This document shows positions 1 through 10,200 of a stretch of 64,000 nt of DNA, piece after piece (positions within the stretch are counted from its first letter, which is position 1; each line of letters opens with the position of its first letter). The position numbers were made by a program, and so were the translations under genes. Location: positions 153,048 through 217,047 of the forward strand of contig CAWHAZ010000005.1 in assembly GCA_963827475.1 (NCBI GenBank), in the 5' to 3' direction. The DNA comes from an uncultured Chloroflexia bacterium (lineage in GTDB: Bacteria; Chloroflexota; Limnocylindria; QHBO01). Below the pieces are notes generated by a model that made no database searches, was not told the DNA's origin, and saw only the letters and a program-made list of their open reading frames with translations.

Positions 1-384
1 CCAGACCGGGGGCAGGGGCTCGCCGGACGCATCGGTCCGCATGCCCGTCGGCGACATGAACTCGTGCCAGACCTCGGTCCCGGCCGCCGGCGGGTCGTCC
101 AGCTCCTTGATGGCCACGATCCCGTCGAACCGGATCGTGCCGGGCCGGCCGTCATCGGTCTCGAAGTCGTCCTCGTACTGGGTCGCGATCTCGACCGCCT
201 GGCCCATGGCCGTCTCCTCGTCGTCCCCGTCGACCAGGACCACCCGGTCCTCGACCAGGTACGGCTCGGCCGCTTCCTCGACCAGGTACGCGTAGCGCAG
301 CTCGACGGCGAACCAGCCGCTGCTCACGACCCGGGCGGCGGCCGGGTCGGCCTCGACCGCGGTGGAGCGGCGGAGCTCGGTCAC
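1..384 (-). CDS. hypothetical protein, N-terminal part; the gene runs past the window start
   Basis: The minus-strand frame is open from the window edge to a GTG at 384-382. The translation (VTELRRSTAVEADP...QYEDDFETDDGRPGTIRFDGIVAIKELDD) is non-repetitive and coding-like. The GTG overlaps the pruA stop as GTGA. It is absent from the ORF track, presumably because no stop codon falls inside the window. Confidence 0.45.
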   Translation of the reverse strand, partial: MTELRRSTAVEADPAAARVVSSGWFAVELRYAYLVEEAAEPYLVEDRVVLVDGDDEETAMGQAVEIATQYEDDFETDDGRPGTIRFDGIVAIKELDDPPAAGTEVWHEFMSPTGMRTDASGEPLPPVW

Positions 385-1976
385 GCCGGCGGCGGCTCCT
401 CGCCCATCACCGTCTGCGACTGCTCGCGCATGAACTGCATGACGTAGTACGGGCCCAGGCCGCTCTTGCCGGACGATCCCGAGCCCTTCCAGCCGCCGAA
501 CGACTGGATGCCGGGCCACGCCCCGGTGGTCGCGCCGCTGCGCCGGTTCACGTACGTCACCCCGGCCTGGATGGTGGAGAGGAACTGCTCGATCTCGGAT
601 CGGTCGCCGGAGAAGATCCCGGCCGTCAGCCCGTAGGCGGTGTCGTTGGCCAGCTGCAACGCCTCGTCCAGCGAGTCGACCTCCGCCACCACCACGAACG
701 GGACGAACAGCTCGTCGCGGAACAGGCGGTGCGTGGCCGGCAGCCCGGTCACCACGGTTGGGGTCGGGTAGTAGCCGCGCGCCTCGTCGCCGCTGTCGAG
801 GACCTCGCCGCCGGCCTCGATCGTGCCGCCGTCGCGCCGCGCCTCGGCCACCGCATCGGTGAACTTGCGCAGCGAGCGCTCGTTGATGACCGGCCCCATC
901 CAGTTCTCCTGATCGGTGGGGTCGCCGACCTTGATCTCCTGGGCGCGCTGCGCCAGGCGGGCGACGAAGTCGGAGGCGACGCGGCGGTCGACGTAGACGC
1001 GGGAGTTGGCGCTGCACTTCTGGCCGTCGAACCCGAACGCGGAGCGGGCCACGCCCTCCGCCGCCACGTCGAGGTCGGCGCTGGCGGTGACGATGGCCGG
1101 GTTCTTGCCGCCCATCTCGGTGATGATCGGCCGCGGATAGTCGCGGGTGAAGTTGCGATAGAGCCGCATCCCGACCTGGTACGAGCCGGTGAACACCATC
1201 CCGTCGATCCCCGGGTTGTCCTCCAGCTCGGCGCCGACCGTGTCGCCCGGGCCGGTGACGAAGTTCACGACCCCGTCCGGGATGCCGGCGTCGCGCAGGG
1301 CCTCGACGAACTTCCAGCCCATCAGCGGCGCGTCGGACGAGGGCTTCATGACCACCGTGTTGCCCGCGATCAGGGCACCGGAAGCCGGGCCGCCGGCCAG
1401 CGCCATCGGGAAGTTGAACGGGCTGATCACGGCCCACACGCCGTGCGGCTTGAGGATCGAGCGGGTGTGCTCCTCCGGCGTCAGCGAGCCCATCGGCTTC
1501 ACGAAGCCGTCGTGTGCCTCCATCTGGTCGGCGTAGTAGCGCAGCAGGTCGGCCGTCTCCTCGACGTCGCCGAGGGCCTCCAGCCGGTTCTTGCCGACCT
1601 CGAAGGTCATGAGCGCGGCGTACTCGAACTGCCGCTCGCTGATCAGGTCGGCGGCGCGACGGATGATCTCCAGCCGCTTTCGCCAGCCGAGATCACGCCA
1701 GGCGGGGAAGGCGTCACGCGCGGCCGCCACCGCGTCGCGGACGTCCTGCCGGCCGCCGAGCGGGAAGCGGCTGACGACCAGGTCGGTGTCGATCGGTGAC
1801 CGATGCTCGAACGTGTCGCCTGAGGTCCGCAGCTCCGCGCCGATGAGCATGGGGTACGACCTGCCCAGCTCCCCGCGAGCCCATTCGACGGCCCGATCGA
1901 ACCCAGCCTGGAGCTCGGGGTTGTCCGCGCTCAGGGTGGCGTAGGTGATCTTCAGGCGGGGCGTGGTGGCCGTCAC
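381..1976 (-). CDS. pruA: L-glutamate gamma-semialdehyde (1-pyrroline-5-carboxylate) dehydrogenase
   Basis: The translation has aldehyde-dehydrogenase motifs (KITYATLSADNPE..., EMGGKNP, FGFDGQKCSA) over its full length. The ORF-track start at 2096 looks over-extended; a GTG near 1976 gives the usual N-terminus (VTATTPRLKITYATL). Confidence 0.88.
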   Translation of the reverse strand: MTATTPRLKITYATLSADNPELQAGFDRAVEWARGELGRSYPMLIGAELRTSGDTFEHRSPIDTDLVVSRFPLGGRQDVRDAVAAARDAFPAWRDLGWRKRLEIIRRAADLISERQFEYAALMTFEVGKNRLEALGDVEETADLLRYYADQMEAHDGFVKPMGSLTPEEHTRSILKPHGVWAVISPFNFPMALAGGPASGALIAGNTVVMKPSSDAPLMGWKFVEALRDAGIPDGVVNFVTGPGDTVGAELEDNPGIDGMVFTGSYQVGMRLYRNFTRDYPRPIITEMGGKNPAIVTASADLDVAAEGVARSAFGFDGQKCSANSRVYVDRRVASDFVARLAQRAQEIKVGDPTDQENWMGPVINERSLRKFTDAVAEARRDGGTIEAGGEVLDSGDEARGYYPTPTVVTGLPATHRLFRDELFVPFVVVAEVDSLDEALQLANDTAYGLTAGIFSGDRSEIEQFLSTIQAGVTYVNRRSGATTGAWPGIQSFGGWKGSGSSGKSGLGPYYVMQFMREQSQTVMGEEPPPA

Positions 1977-2120
1977 GAAGGGCTCCCGGCTGCGGTGGGG
2001 GGCGATTATCGCACCGGCCTGCGAGCGGCGGGCACAGCGGGAGGCCAGGCTCCGGGGGGAGAAGAACCTGGCCTCCCGACTCCGGATGATAGACAACTGG
2101 GTTCCCGCCGGGAACCGATT

Positions 2121-2822
2121 TCAGGCAGGCGCCTTGGCCAGGTGGTAGAGGCCCAATTTGAGCTCCGGCATGTCCGGATGGGCGGTCATCAGGAAGGCCC
2201 GGGCCCGGTCCCCGTACAGGCGCGGCAGGACCGCGTGGGCGGACTCGAGGTCGCGCAGGTCGAGCCGGGCGTGGACCACCTTGATCTTGAACCCGTGCCG
2301 CAGCCACCACCCGGTCCGCCGCTGGGTGGCGTGGCGGGCCTCGGCCACGACCTCCGGCTCGAGCAGCGGAGCGACGTCGTCGCGGCCGTAGTAGCCCATG
2401 ACCACCAGCCGCCCGCCGGGCCGGATGACGCGCAGCGCCTCGGCAATGGCCGGGAGCCACGCGTCCTCGGCCTCGATCAGGCCGTGGAGCACGATGTCCA
2501 CCGCCGCGTCCCGCAGGGGAAGCGCGGTCGGCGCCCCCTCCACCATCCGGATGTTCGGCTGGTGTGCCGCGCTGGCGCGCTGCCGGGCCGCGTCCAGGAG
2601 CTCCGGGTCGGACTCGATGCCGTAGGTCCGTGCCGTCCGCCGGGCGAGCAGCATCGGGTAGTGCCCGATCCCGGTCCCCACGTCCGCGATCCGCTTCCCT
2701 GACAGCGGCACGATCCGCTCCAGCGCGGCGAGCACCTTGCGGCCCGGGTCCACCATCTCCCCCAGCCGGTCGTACAGGTCCGGATCCGGCTCGGTCCAGG
2801 CGGGGAGGATGCCTCGCATCAT
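2121..2822 (-). CDS. class I SAM-dependent methyltransferase
   Basis: VGTGIGHY, LLARR and DIVL motifs indicate a Rossmann-fold methyltransferase. The start is moved to the internal ATG (MMRGILPAW...); the upstream ORF extension is Arg/Ser-rich junk. Confidence 0.75.
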   Translation of the reverse strand: MMRGILPAWTEPDPDLYDRLGEMVDPGRKVLAALERIVPLSGKRIADVGTGIGHYPMLLARRTARTYGIESDPELLDAARQRASAAHQPNIRMVEGAPTALPLRDAAVDIVLHGLIEAEDAWLPAIAEALRVIRPGGRLVVMGYYGRDDVAPLLEPEVVAEARHATQRRTGWWLRHGFKIKVVHARLDLRDLESAHAVLPRLYGDRARAFLMTAHPDMPELKLGLYHLAKAPA

Positions 2823-2838
2823 GGGCGTGGCTCCGCCA

Positions 2839-3486
2839 TCACGGCACCTCGACCCGAAACTCCGCGGGAAGCCCGGTATCGAGCGTGAGCAACGCCTCGC
2901 CGGCGAGGACCTGCAGCTCGAACGAGACCGGTCCCGTGATCCGGCGATTGGCCACGATCGGAATCTGGAGCGAGGCAGGTGCGGCCAGCAGCGGGCCCCA
3001 GCCCAGCGAGGTCGTGCCGGCCGGCTCGCCGCGGAGGCCCGGCCCGACCACCCACTTCGTCCACGGCTGGACGAGCGGCGGGCAGCCGTTGCAGATCCGG
3101 TCGTCCGAGGGAGTGAACGGCGCGAGGAACAGGTGCTCATCCAGGGACGTCGACCAGCGGAGGACGAGCTCGGGAATCATCGACCCATCGAGGTTGGCCA
3201 CGGTGACCGTGATCGTGCCGGACGCATCGGTCGCGAGATTGGGGGCCACCGTGACCGTCACCCGCCGCGGGTCCGTGCTCGACGGAGCTGGAAGCGAGTA
3301 CGGCTCCGGCGTCGGCTCGGGGGTGACGCTGGGCTCGGCGGTGGGAGTCGGCTCCGGCGTCGGCGTGGACGTCGGGCTCGGCGTCGGCGTTTCGGTGGGC
3401 AGCGGCAGGCATGCGCTGGCGCTCACGAGCACCAGCAATCCGAGAATCGCCCGCCGGACAGCGCGGGGCGAGGGGCGGGCCGACAT
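2839..3486 (-). CDS. lipoprotein with a Pro/Thr-rich linker, function unknown
   Basis: The start MSARPSPRAVRRAILGLLVLVSASAC carries a signal peptide and lipobox. A TPTPSPTSTPTPEPTP linker follows, then a globular C-terminal domain. Confidence 0.6.
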   Translation of the reverse strand: MSARPSPRAVRRAILGLLVLVSASACLPLPTETPTPSPTSTPTPEPTPTAEPSVTPEPTPEPYSLPAPSSTDPRRVTVTVAPNLATDASGTITVTVANLDGSMIPELVLRWSTSLDEHLFLAPFTPSDDRICNGCPPLVQPWTKWVVGPGLRGEPAGTTSLGWGPLLAAPASLQIPIVANRRITGPVSFELQVLAGEALLTLDTGLPAEFRVEVP

Positions 3487-3520
3487 GCCGCCGCATGGTA
3501 GTGGACGACCCCTTGCTACG

Positions 3521-3955
3521 ATGGCCGGCATGGAGCCCGCCACGCCCACCGTCCGGCCCAGGCCCGCCTTCGGCATCGTGGCCTGGTTCGTCTGGGTGGC
3601 GGTCCTGCTGGGGGTGACCGGCGTGCTCCTGCCCCAGGTCATTGCCTTCGTCGACTTCAGCGAACGCGCGCCGTTCTCGATGCTCGGCATCGTGATGATG
3701 GCCGAGCTGGCGGTCGTCTTCTTCGGCCTCACCCTGGTCATCCAGCACAAGCGGGCGGGCCGTGGCTTCGCCATTGCGATCTCGCTCCTGCCGGTGCCCA
3801 TCCTGGCCGGCCTGATCCCGGTCCTGCTGGACATGCCCCCGGCCGCGGCCGCAGGCTGGAGCACGCTGATGGTGCCCCTCGGGCTGGCCATCAGCGCGGT
3901 GCTCATCTTCAGCCTGACGCGGCCCGGCGCCCGGGCGTGGTTCACGGAGGACTGA
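3521..3955 (+). CDS. small integral membrane protein (about 144 aa, 4 predicted TM segments)
   Basis: MAGMEPATPTVRPRPAFGIVAWFVWVAVLLGV... is strongly hydrophobic and helical. Its stop is coupled to the next gene through a TGA-CCG-ATG junction. Confidence 0.55.
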   Translation: MAGMEPATPTVRPRPAFGIVAWFVWVAVLLGVTGVLLPQVIAFVDFSERAPFSMLGIVMMAELAVVFFGLTLVIQHKRAGRGFAIAISLLPVPILAGLIPVLLDMPPAAAAGWSTLMVPLGLAISAVLIFSLTRPGARAWFTED

Positions 3956-3958
3956 CCG

Positions 3959-4922
3959 ATGCGCCTCGTCGCCTTCACCTCCACCCTCGCCGATGGACCG
4001 CCCGGCCGATGCCTGGGCATCGAGCGGGCGGACGGGATCCTCGATCTGACCGATCTCGTTGGCGCCGATCTCGGCGCGGTGCTGGCCGGCGCCGATCCGG
4101 TCGCGGTCCTGACCGATGCCGAGTCCGAGGCGGTCTACGAGGGACAGACCCACGTCCCGATGAGCGACGTCCGGCTCCTGGCCCCGCTGGCCCACCCCGG
4201 GAAGATCGTGTGCGTGGGGCTGAACTACCACGACCACTGCCGCGAGCAGAACGTCGAGCCGCCCGACTACCCGATGCTGTTCGCGAAGTTCCCCAACGCG
4301 ATCAGCGACCCCGGCATGCCGGTCCTGCGGCCGCGGGCCACCGAGATGCTCGACCTCGAGGCCGAGCTGGCGGTGGTCATCGGCTGGCGCGCCTCGCGGG
4401 TGTCGGTGGCGCGGGCCATGGACCACGTCTTCGGGTTCACGATCCTCAACGACATCACCGCCCGCGACCTCCAGCGCGAGGACCGGCAGTGGCTGCGGGC
4501 GAAGGGCTCGGACGGCTTCGCCCCGCTCGGGCCGGCGATCGTGACCCGCGACGAGATCGGCGATCCGGCGAACCTCGCGATCAGCTCCCGGGTCAATGGC
4601 GAGACGTGGCAGGACTCGAGCACGGCCGACATGATCTGGGACGTCGCCACGCCTGTTGGCGTTCATCACCCGCTCCATCACCCTCGAGCCGGGCGACATC
4701 GTCGCCACCGGCACCCCGGCCGGGGTCGGCCACTACCACCAGCCGCCGCGCTACCTCGCCGCCGGGGACGTGGTCGCGTGCGAGATCGCCGGCATCGGGG
4801 TGCTGGAGAACACGATCGTGGACGAGCAGCCCCGGGCCGAGGACCACGCGACCGCGGCCGGGGTGGCGGAGCTGGCCGTCGAGCCGGCGACCACGACCGA
4901 CGACGACCGCGGGCGACTGACG
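3959..4922 (+). CDS. fumarylacetoacetate hydrolase (FAH) family hydrolase, frame broken near 4646
   Basis: FAH-family motifs are present (KIVCVGLNYHDHCRE, ELAVVIG, FTILNDITARD, ...TLEPGDIVATGTPAGVG). There is an apparent +1 indel (extra G) near 4646. After it the conserved C-terminus continues in the frame of ORF 4656-5948 with no stop before tdh. Confidence 0.75.
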
Positions 4923-5948
4923 ATGCGCGCCCTGGCCAAGACGCGACCGGAGCCGGGGCTCGAGATCATCGACGCGCCGGTGCCGACGCCCGGGCCGGGC
5001 GAGGTCCAGCTGAAGATCGAGGCCGCCAGCGTGTGCGGGACCGATCGCCATCTCTACCTGTGGGACCGCTGGGCGGCCGAGAACGTTCGTCCCCCGGTCA
5101 TCCTCGGCCACGAGCTCGCGGGCCGGGTGGCGGCCGCCGGCGCCGGCGTGAGCCGCGTCCGCGAGGGTGACCTGGTCGGCGTCGAGTCGCACCTGTTCTG
5201 CGGCGCATGCGCCCAGTGCCAGGCCGGCTCGCCGCACCTGTGTCGTGACCTGCGCGTGATCGGCGCCCACGTGGACGGCGGGTACGCGGAGTTCGTCGTC
5301 ATTCCCGAGGCCAACGCGGTGGAGTCGAACGGCCTCGACCCGTCGGTCGTCGCCCTCCAGGAGCCGATGGGCAACGCCGTCCACGCCGCGTTCGTGGAAC
5401 CGATTGCCGGGCGCACGGTGGCCGTGACCGGATGCGGGCCAATCGGGCTGTGCGCGGTCGGCATCGCCAAGGCGGCCGGCGCCGCGCTGGTGGTGGCCAC
5501 CGACACGGAGGCCTACCGCCTCGAGCTCGCGACCCGGATGGGGGCGGACCTCGCCCTCGATGCGACCAGCCCCGACCTGGTGGAGCAGGTGATGGCCGCG
5601 ACCGGCGGCGACGGGGTGGAGGTGGTGCTGGAGATGAGCGGCTCGGCCACCGCGCTGGACCAGGCCATGCGGTTCGCGACCCGAGGCGGGCGGATCAGCC
5701 TGCTCGGGATCTTCGGCGAGCCGGTGGCCGTCGACCTCTCGAACCTGTTCATCGAGAAGGGCCTGCGGGCCTACGGCATCTTCGGGCGGCGGATCTACGA
5801 CACGTGGGAGCGGACGCAGGACCTGCTGCGGTCCGGCGCGCTGAACGTGGCGCCGATCCTCACCCATCGGTTCGACCTCGCCGACTGGAAGCAGGGCTTT
5901 GACCTGCTCGGGTCGCGCCACGCCGGGAAGGTGGTGCTCCTGCCATGA
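4923..5948 (+). CDS. tdh: L-threonine 3-dehydrogenase (zinc-dependent)
   Basis: MRALAKTRPEPGLEIIDAPVPTPGPGEVQLKIEAASVCGTDRHLYLWD matches the Tdh N-terminus. A GHE...G.G..V Zn-ADH fold and the kbl neighbour support the call. Confidence 0.88.
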   Translation: MRALAKTRPEPGLEIIDAPVPTPGPGEVQLKIEAASVCGTDRHLYLWDRWAAENVRPPVILGHELAGRVAAAGAGVSRVREGDLVGVESHLFCGACAQCQAGSPHLCRDLRVIGAHVDGGYAEFVVIPEANAVESNGLDPSVVALQEPMGNAVHAAFVEPIAGRTVAVTGCGPIGLCAVGIAKAAGAALVVATDTEAYRLELATRMGADLALDATSPDLVEQVMAATGGDGVEVVLEMSGSATALDQAMRFATRGGRISLLGIFGEPVAVDLSNLFIEKGLRAYGIFGRRIYDTWERTQDLLRSGALNVAPILTHRFDLADWKQGFDLLGSRHAGKVVLLP

Positions 5949-5961
5949 ACGAGGTGCGGCC

Positions 5962-7174
5962 ATGACATCGGTCAAGTCCACGCGCAACCCGATGGCTTTC
6001 CTCGACGACGAGCTCGGAGGAGCTGCGGGAGAAGGGCCTCTACCGCCGGCTGCGGGTGGTGGAGAGCGAGCAGGCGGCCCACTGCCGCATCGACGGGAAG
6101 GACGTCATCACCCTGTCGAGCAACAACTACCTGGGCCTGACCACCCACCCCAGCCTGCGCGAGGCGACGATCTTCGCCACCCAGGCCCTGGGCGCCGGGT
6201 CGGGCGCGGTGCGGACCATCGCCGGCACGATGACCCTCCACCAGCAGCTCGAGACGCGGCTGGCCGAGTTCAAGCGCGTCGAGGCGACGCTCACCTTCCA
6301 GTCGGGCTTCACCGCCAACACCGGGGCGATCCCCATCCTCGCCCCCGAGGGCGCGGTGATCGTGTCGGACGAGCTGAACCACGCCAGCATCATCGACGGC
6401 ATCCGGCTGACCAAGGCCGAGCGCAAGGTCTTCCCCCACGGCGACACCGATGCGCTGCGCACCACGCTCCGTGAGGTGCGAGCCGCGCCCGGCGGAGCGG
6501 AGCGCACGGTCCTGGTCATCACCGACGGCGTGTTCTCGATGGACGGCGACATCGCCCCGTTGCCGGCCATCGTGGAGGCGGCCGAGGAGGCGGAGGCGAT
6601 CGTCTACGTCGACGACGCCCACGGGTCGGGGGTCCTGGGCCGCAACGGGCGGGGGACCGTCGACCACTTCGACCTCCACGGCCGGGTCCACGTCCAGGTC
6701 GGGACCCTGTCGAAGGCGATCGGCGTGCTGGGCGGGTACGTGGCCGGCAGTGCCGCGCTGCGCGAGATCCTCATCCACCGCGCCCGCCCGTTCCTGTTCT
6801 CGACCTCCCATCCGCCGGGCGTGGCCGCGGCGTGCCTGGCGGCGATCAGCATCCTCGAGACGGAGCCGGAGCGGATCGAGCGGCTGTGGGCCAACACCCG
6901 CCGCTTCAAGGAGGGTCTGAAGGGCCTCGGCTTCGACATCGGTCAGTCGGAGACCCCGATCACCCCGGTCATCGCCGGAGCCGGCGCGCTGGCCATGAAG
7001 CTGTCAGACCGGCTGTTCGAGGAGGGCGTGTTCGCGCAGGGGATCGGCTACCCCACGGTGCCCGAAGCCCGGAGCCGGGTCCGAACCATCGTCACCGCGG
7101 AGCACACCGATGACGACCTCGACACCTGTCTCGCCGCGTTCGAGAAGGTCGGTCGGGAGCTCGCCCTGATCTAG
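5962..7174 (+). CDS. kbl: glycine C-acetyltransferase (2-amino-3-ketobutyrate CoA ligase), frame broken near 6015
   Basis: PLP aminotransferase motifs ([22 protein letters not shown]) are present. The N-terminus [18 protein letters not shown] then shifts by 1 nt (extra G in ctcgGaggag) into the conserved [18 protein letters not shown] frame. Confidence 0.85.
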
Positions 7175-7187
7175 CGGCTGGAAAGCA

Positions 7188-7213
7188 TCAGGCCCCCGGT
7201 TGCCCGGGGGCCT
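7188..7213. terminator. GC-rich hairpin CAGGCCCCCGG-ttg-CCGGGGGCCTG between convergent kbl and the surface-protein gene
   Basis: An 11-bp perfect stem with a 3-4 nt loop. The same stem recurs at 11885-11912 downstream of the paralogous gene. Confidence 0.5.
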
Positions 7214-7237
7214 GACTGCTGCGACGGGCGGAAAACG

Positions 7238-10200
7238 CTAGCGGCGCTGCCTCACCGATCGGACGTTGGCGTACGCCAGCGCACCGAGGGACGCGATCAG
7301 GATCGCGCCGAACAGCAGCACTGCAAGCGAGTTGGAGACTGGCGGCGGGCTCATCGCCGTGTTGGGGATCGACGTGGAGCCGAGTTCCTGTTCCTCGACG
7401 ATCCGGATCGAGTCCTGGCCGTTGTCGGGCAGGGTCTCGGTCGAGTCGATCGTCGCGATGTTCAGGATCTCCCCGGTCGGCGCGTTTGCGTTGACGCTGG
7501 TCACGAAGGTCACGAACCCACTTGTGGTGAGCGTGCCCAGGTTCCAGGTGATCACGCCGCTGAGGAACGTGCCGCCGTTGGACGCGCTGACGAAGGTCAA
7601 GCCCGCCGGGATCGGCTCGGTGATCACCGCGTTGGTGACCGGCCCGTTGGTCAGGGTGTAGGTCAACGTCCAGGTGACCGTGTTGGGGTTGATGCTGATC
7701 ACAACGCCCTGGGGATTCAGGGTCCTCGTGATGAGCTCGACATTGGCCGCCTTGTCGACGACCAGCGTCGGGACACGGACGGTGACCGTGGAGTCGTCAT
7801 CGCACTCGGCGGCCGGTGGCACCCCAACGGGGCACTGGCTGTTCGTGCTGGTGACCACGGCCACGTTGGTCAGCACGGCGCCGTGCTGGGCCGTTGCGCT
7901 CACTGCTGCCTGGTAGGTCAGCTCGTGCGTGCCATTCGCAAGGGTACCTAGGGTCCAGGTGATCGTCCGGGTGGTGCCGACCCACACGCCACCGTCGCTG
8001 ATGCTGGTCGGGTCACCCAGACCCGCCGGCAGCGTGTCCACGACGACGACGCCCTCCGCTGGCCCGTCGGTGACGGTCACTTCAAGCGTGTACGTCACCA
8101 GCGTCCCGGGCAGGACCGGGTCGGGCTGGTTGTTGGTCTTTTCGATCTCGACCTCGGGGCACTTGACCGTGATCGAAGCCGTCGAATTGACCGGATCGTC
8201 GTTTGTCGCATCCGCGATAGCGGTGTTGTTGAGCACCGCGCAATCTTCGCGGTCGGTGGCGCCGAAGACGCTAACCCTCGCCGGGGAGTTCTCCATGGTG
8301 GTTACGCCCAGGTCGCCAAAGCTGCAGGTCAGCAGGTTCGACGGACTGATGCTGCAGTCGGGGCTCAGCTCGTTCCAGTCGATGTCGCCTGGAAGCTGAT
8401 CTTCCAGCGTGACGCCCGTGGCGGTCCCAGGTCCGGTGTTCCAGACCACGATATCGAAGGCCGCGGCCTCACCCGCGTCGATCGTGGCGGGGTCGGCCAC
8501 CTTGGCGACGTTCAGGCCAGGGCACTGGACGTTCTGAGTTCCGCTGTCAGTGACCGGCGGGTTGTTGTCGGCATCGGCCGTGGCATCGGGGTTGTTGACC
8601 GTGCCGCAGTCGGCGGCCGTGGTCGGACTGGTCACCGTGACGCTGAAGCTCGCGCCGGGCGCCAGGCTGGCGATGTCGCAGTGCAGGACGTTGCTGACGA
8701 TCGTGCACTCGGCCTTGTCGGGGTTCTCGGCCCACTCAAAGCCGGGTGGCAGGGTGTCGTCGATGTCGACGTTGGTCGCCGTCCCGGTGCCGGGGGCATT
8801 GGAGTTCGAGACGGTGATCGTGAAGCTGATCGGGCTGCCCGCGTTGACCGTGCCGCCATCAGGCGTCTTGCTGATGGTCAGGCTCGGGCACTGGACGGTC
8901 TGGTTCCGCTGTCAGTGACCGTGGGGTTGTTGTCGGCATCGGCCGTGGCAGCGGGGTTGTTGACCGTGCCGCAGTCGGCGGCCGTGGTCGGACTGGTCAC
9001 CGTGACGCTGAAGCTCGCGCCGGGCGCCAGGCTGGCGATGTCGCAGTGCAGGACGTTGCTGACGATCGTGCACTCGGCCTTGTCGGGGTTCTCGGCCCAC
9101 TCAAAGCCGGGTGGCAGGGTGTCGTCGATGTCGACGTTGGTCGCCGTCCCGGTGCCGGGGGCATTGGAGTTCGAGACGGTGATCGTGAAGCTGATCGGGC
9201 TGCCCGCGTTGACCGTGCCGCCATCAGGCGTCTTGCTGATGGTCAGGCTCGGGCACTGGACGGTCTGAGTTGCCGCTGTCAGTGACCGGGGGGTTGTTGT
9301 CGGCGTCGGCCGTGGCAGCGGGGTTGTTGACCGTGCCGCAGTCGGCGGCCGTGGTCGGACTGGTCACCGTGACGCTGAAGCTCGCGCCGGGCGCCAGGCT
9401 GGCGATGTCGCAGTGCAGGACGTTGCTGACGATCGTGCACTCGGCCTTGTCGGGGTTCTCGGCCCACTCAAAGCCGGGTGGCAGGGTGTCGTCGATGTCG
9501 ACGTTGGTCGCCGTCCCGGTGCCGGGGGCATTGGAGTTCGAGACGGTGATCGTGAAGCTGATCGGGCTGCCCGCGTTGACCGTGCCGCCATCAGGCGTCT
9601 TGCTGATGGTCAGGCTCGGGCACTGGACGGTCTGAGTTGCCGCTGTTAGTGATCGGGCGTTGTTGTCGGCATCGGCGGTGGCGCGGGGTTGTTGACCATG
9701 CCGCAGTCGGCGGCCGTGGTCGGACTGGTCACCGTGACGCTGAAGCTCGCGCCGGGCGCCAGGCTGGCGATGTCGCAGTGCAGGACGTTGCTGACGATCG
9801 TGCACTCGGCCTTGTCGGGGTTCTCGGCCCACTCAAAGCCGGGCGGCAGGGTGTCGTCGATGTCGACGTTGGTCGCCGTCCCGGTGCCGGGGGCATTGGA
9901 GTTCGAGACGGTGATCGTGAAGCTGATCGGGCTGCCCGCGTTGACCGTGCCGCCATCAGGCGTCTTGCTGATGGTCAGGCCCGGGCACTGGACGGTGATG
10001 ACGGTTGGCGTCGACGCGGTCGATCCGCTCCCACCGTTCGTCGAGGTGAACGACGCCGTGTTGCTGATCGACGGGCAGTCTCCGACATCGGTGACACCCT
10101 GGACCGTCACACTGAATCGAGCTCGCGGCCGCGATGGTGATCCCGGTGCAGGAAAGGTTGACCCCGCCGGTGATCGTGCATGCCGCCTGGTCGGGGTTCT

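Noticed and set aside
8530-9990. The tandem repeat array as a CRISPR locus
   Set aside because: The period is about 366 bp with no short spacer/repeat alternation. Every unit encodes a DUF11 protein domain in frame with the surrounding gene.
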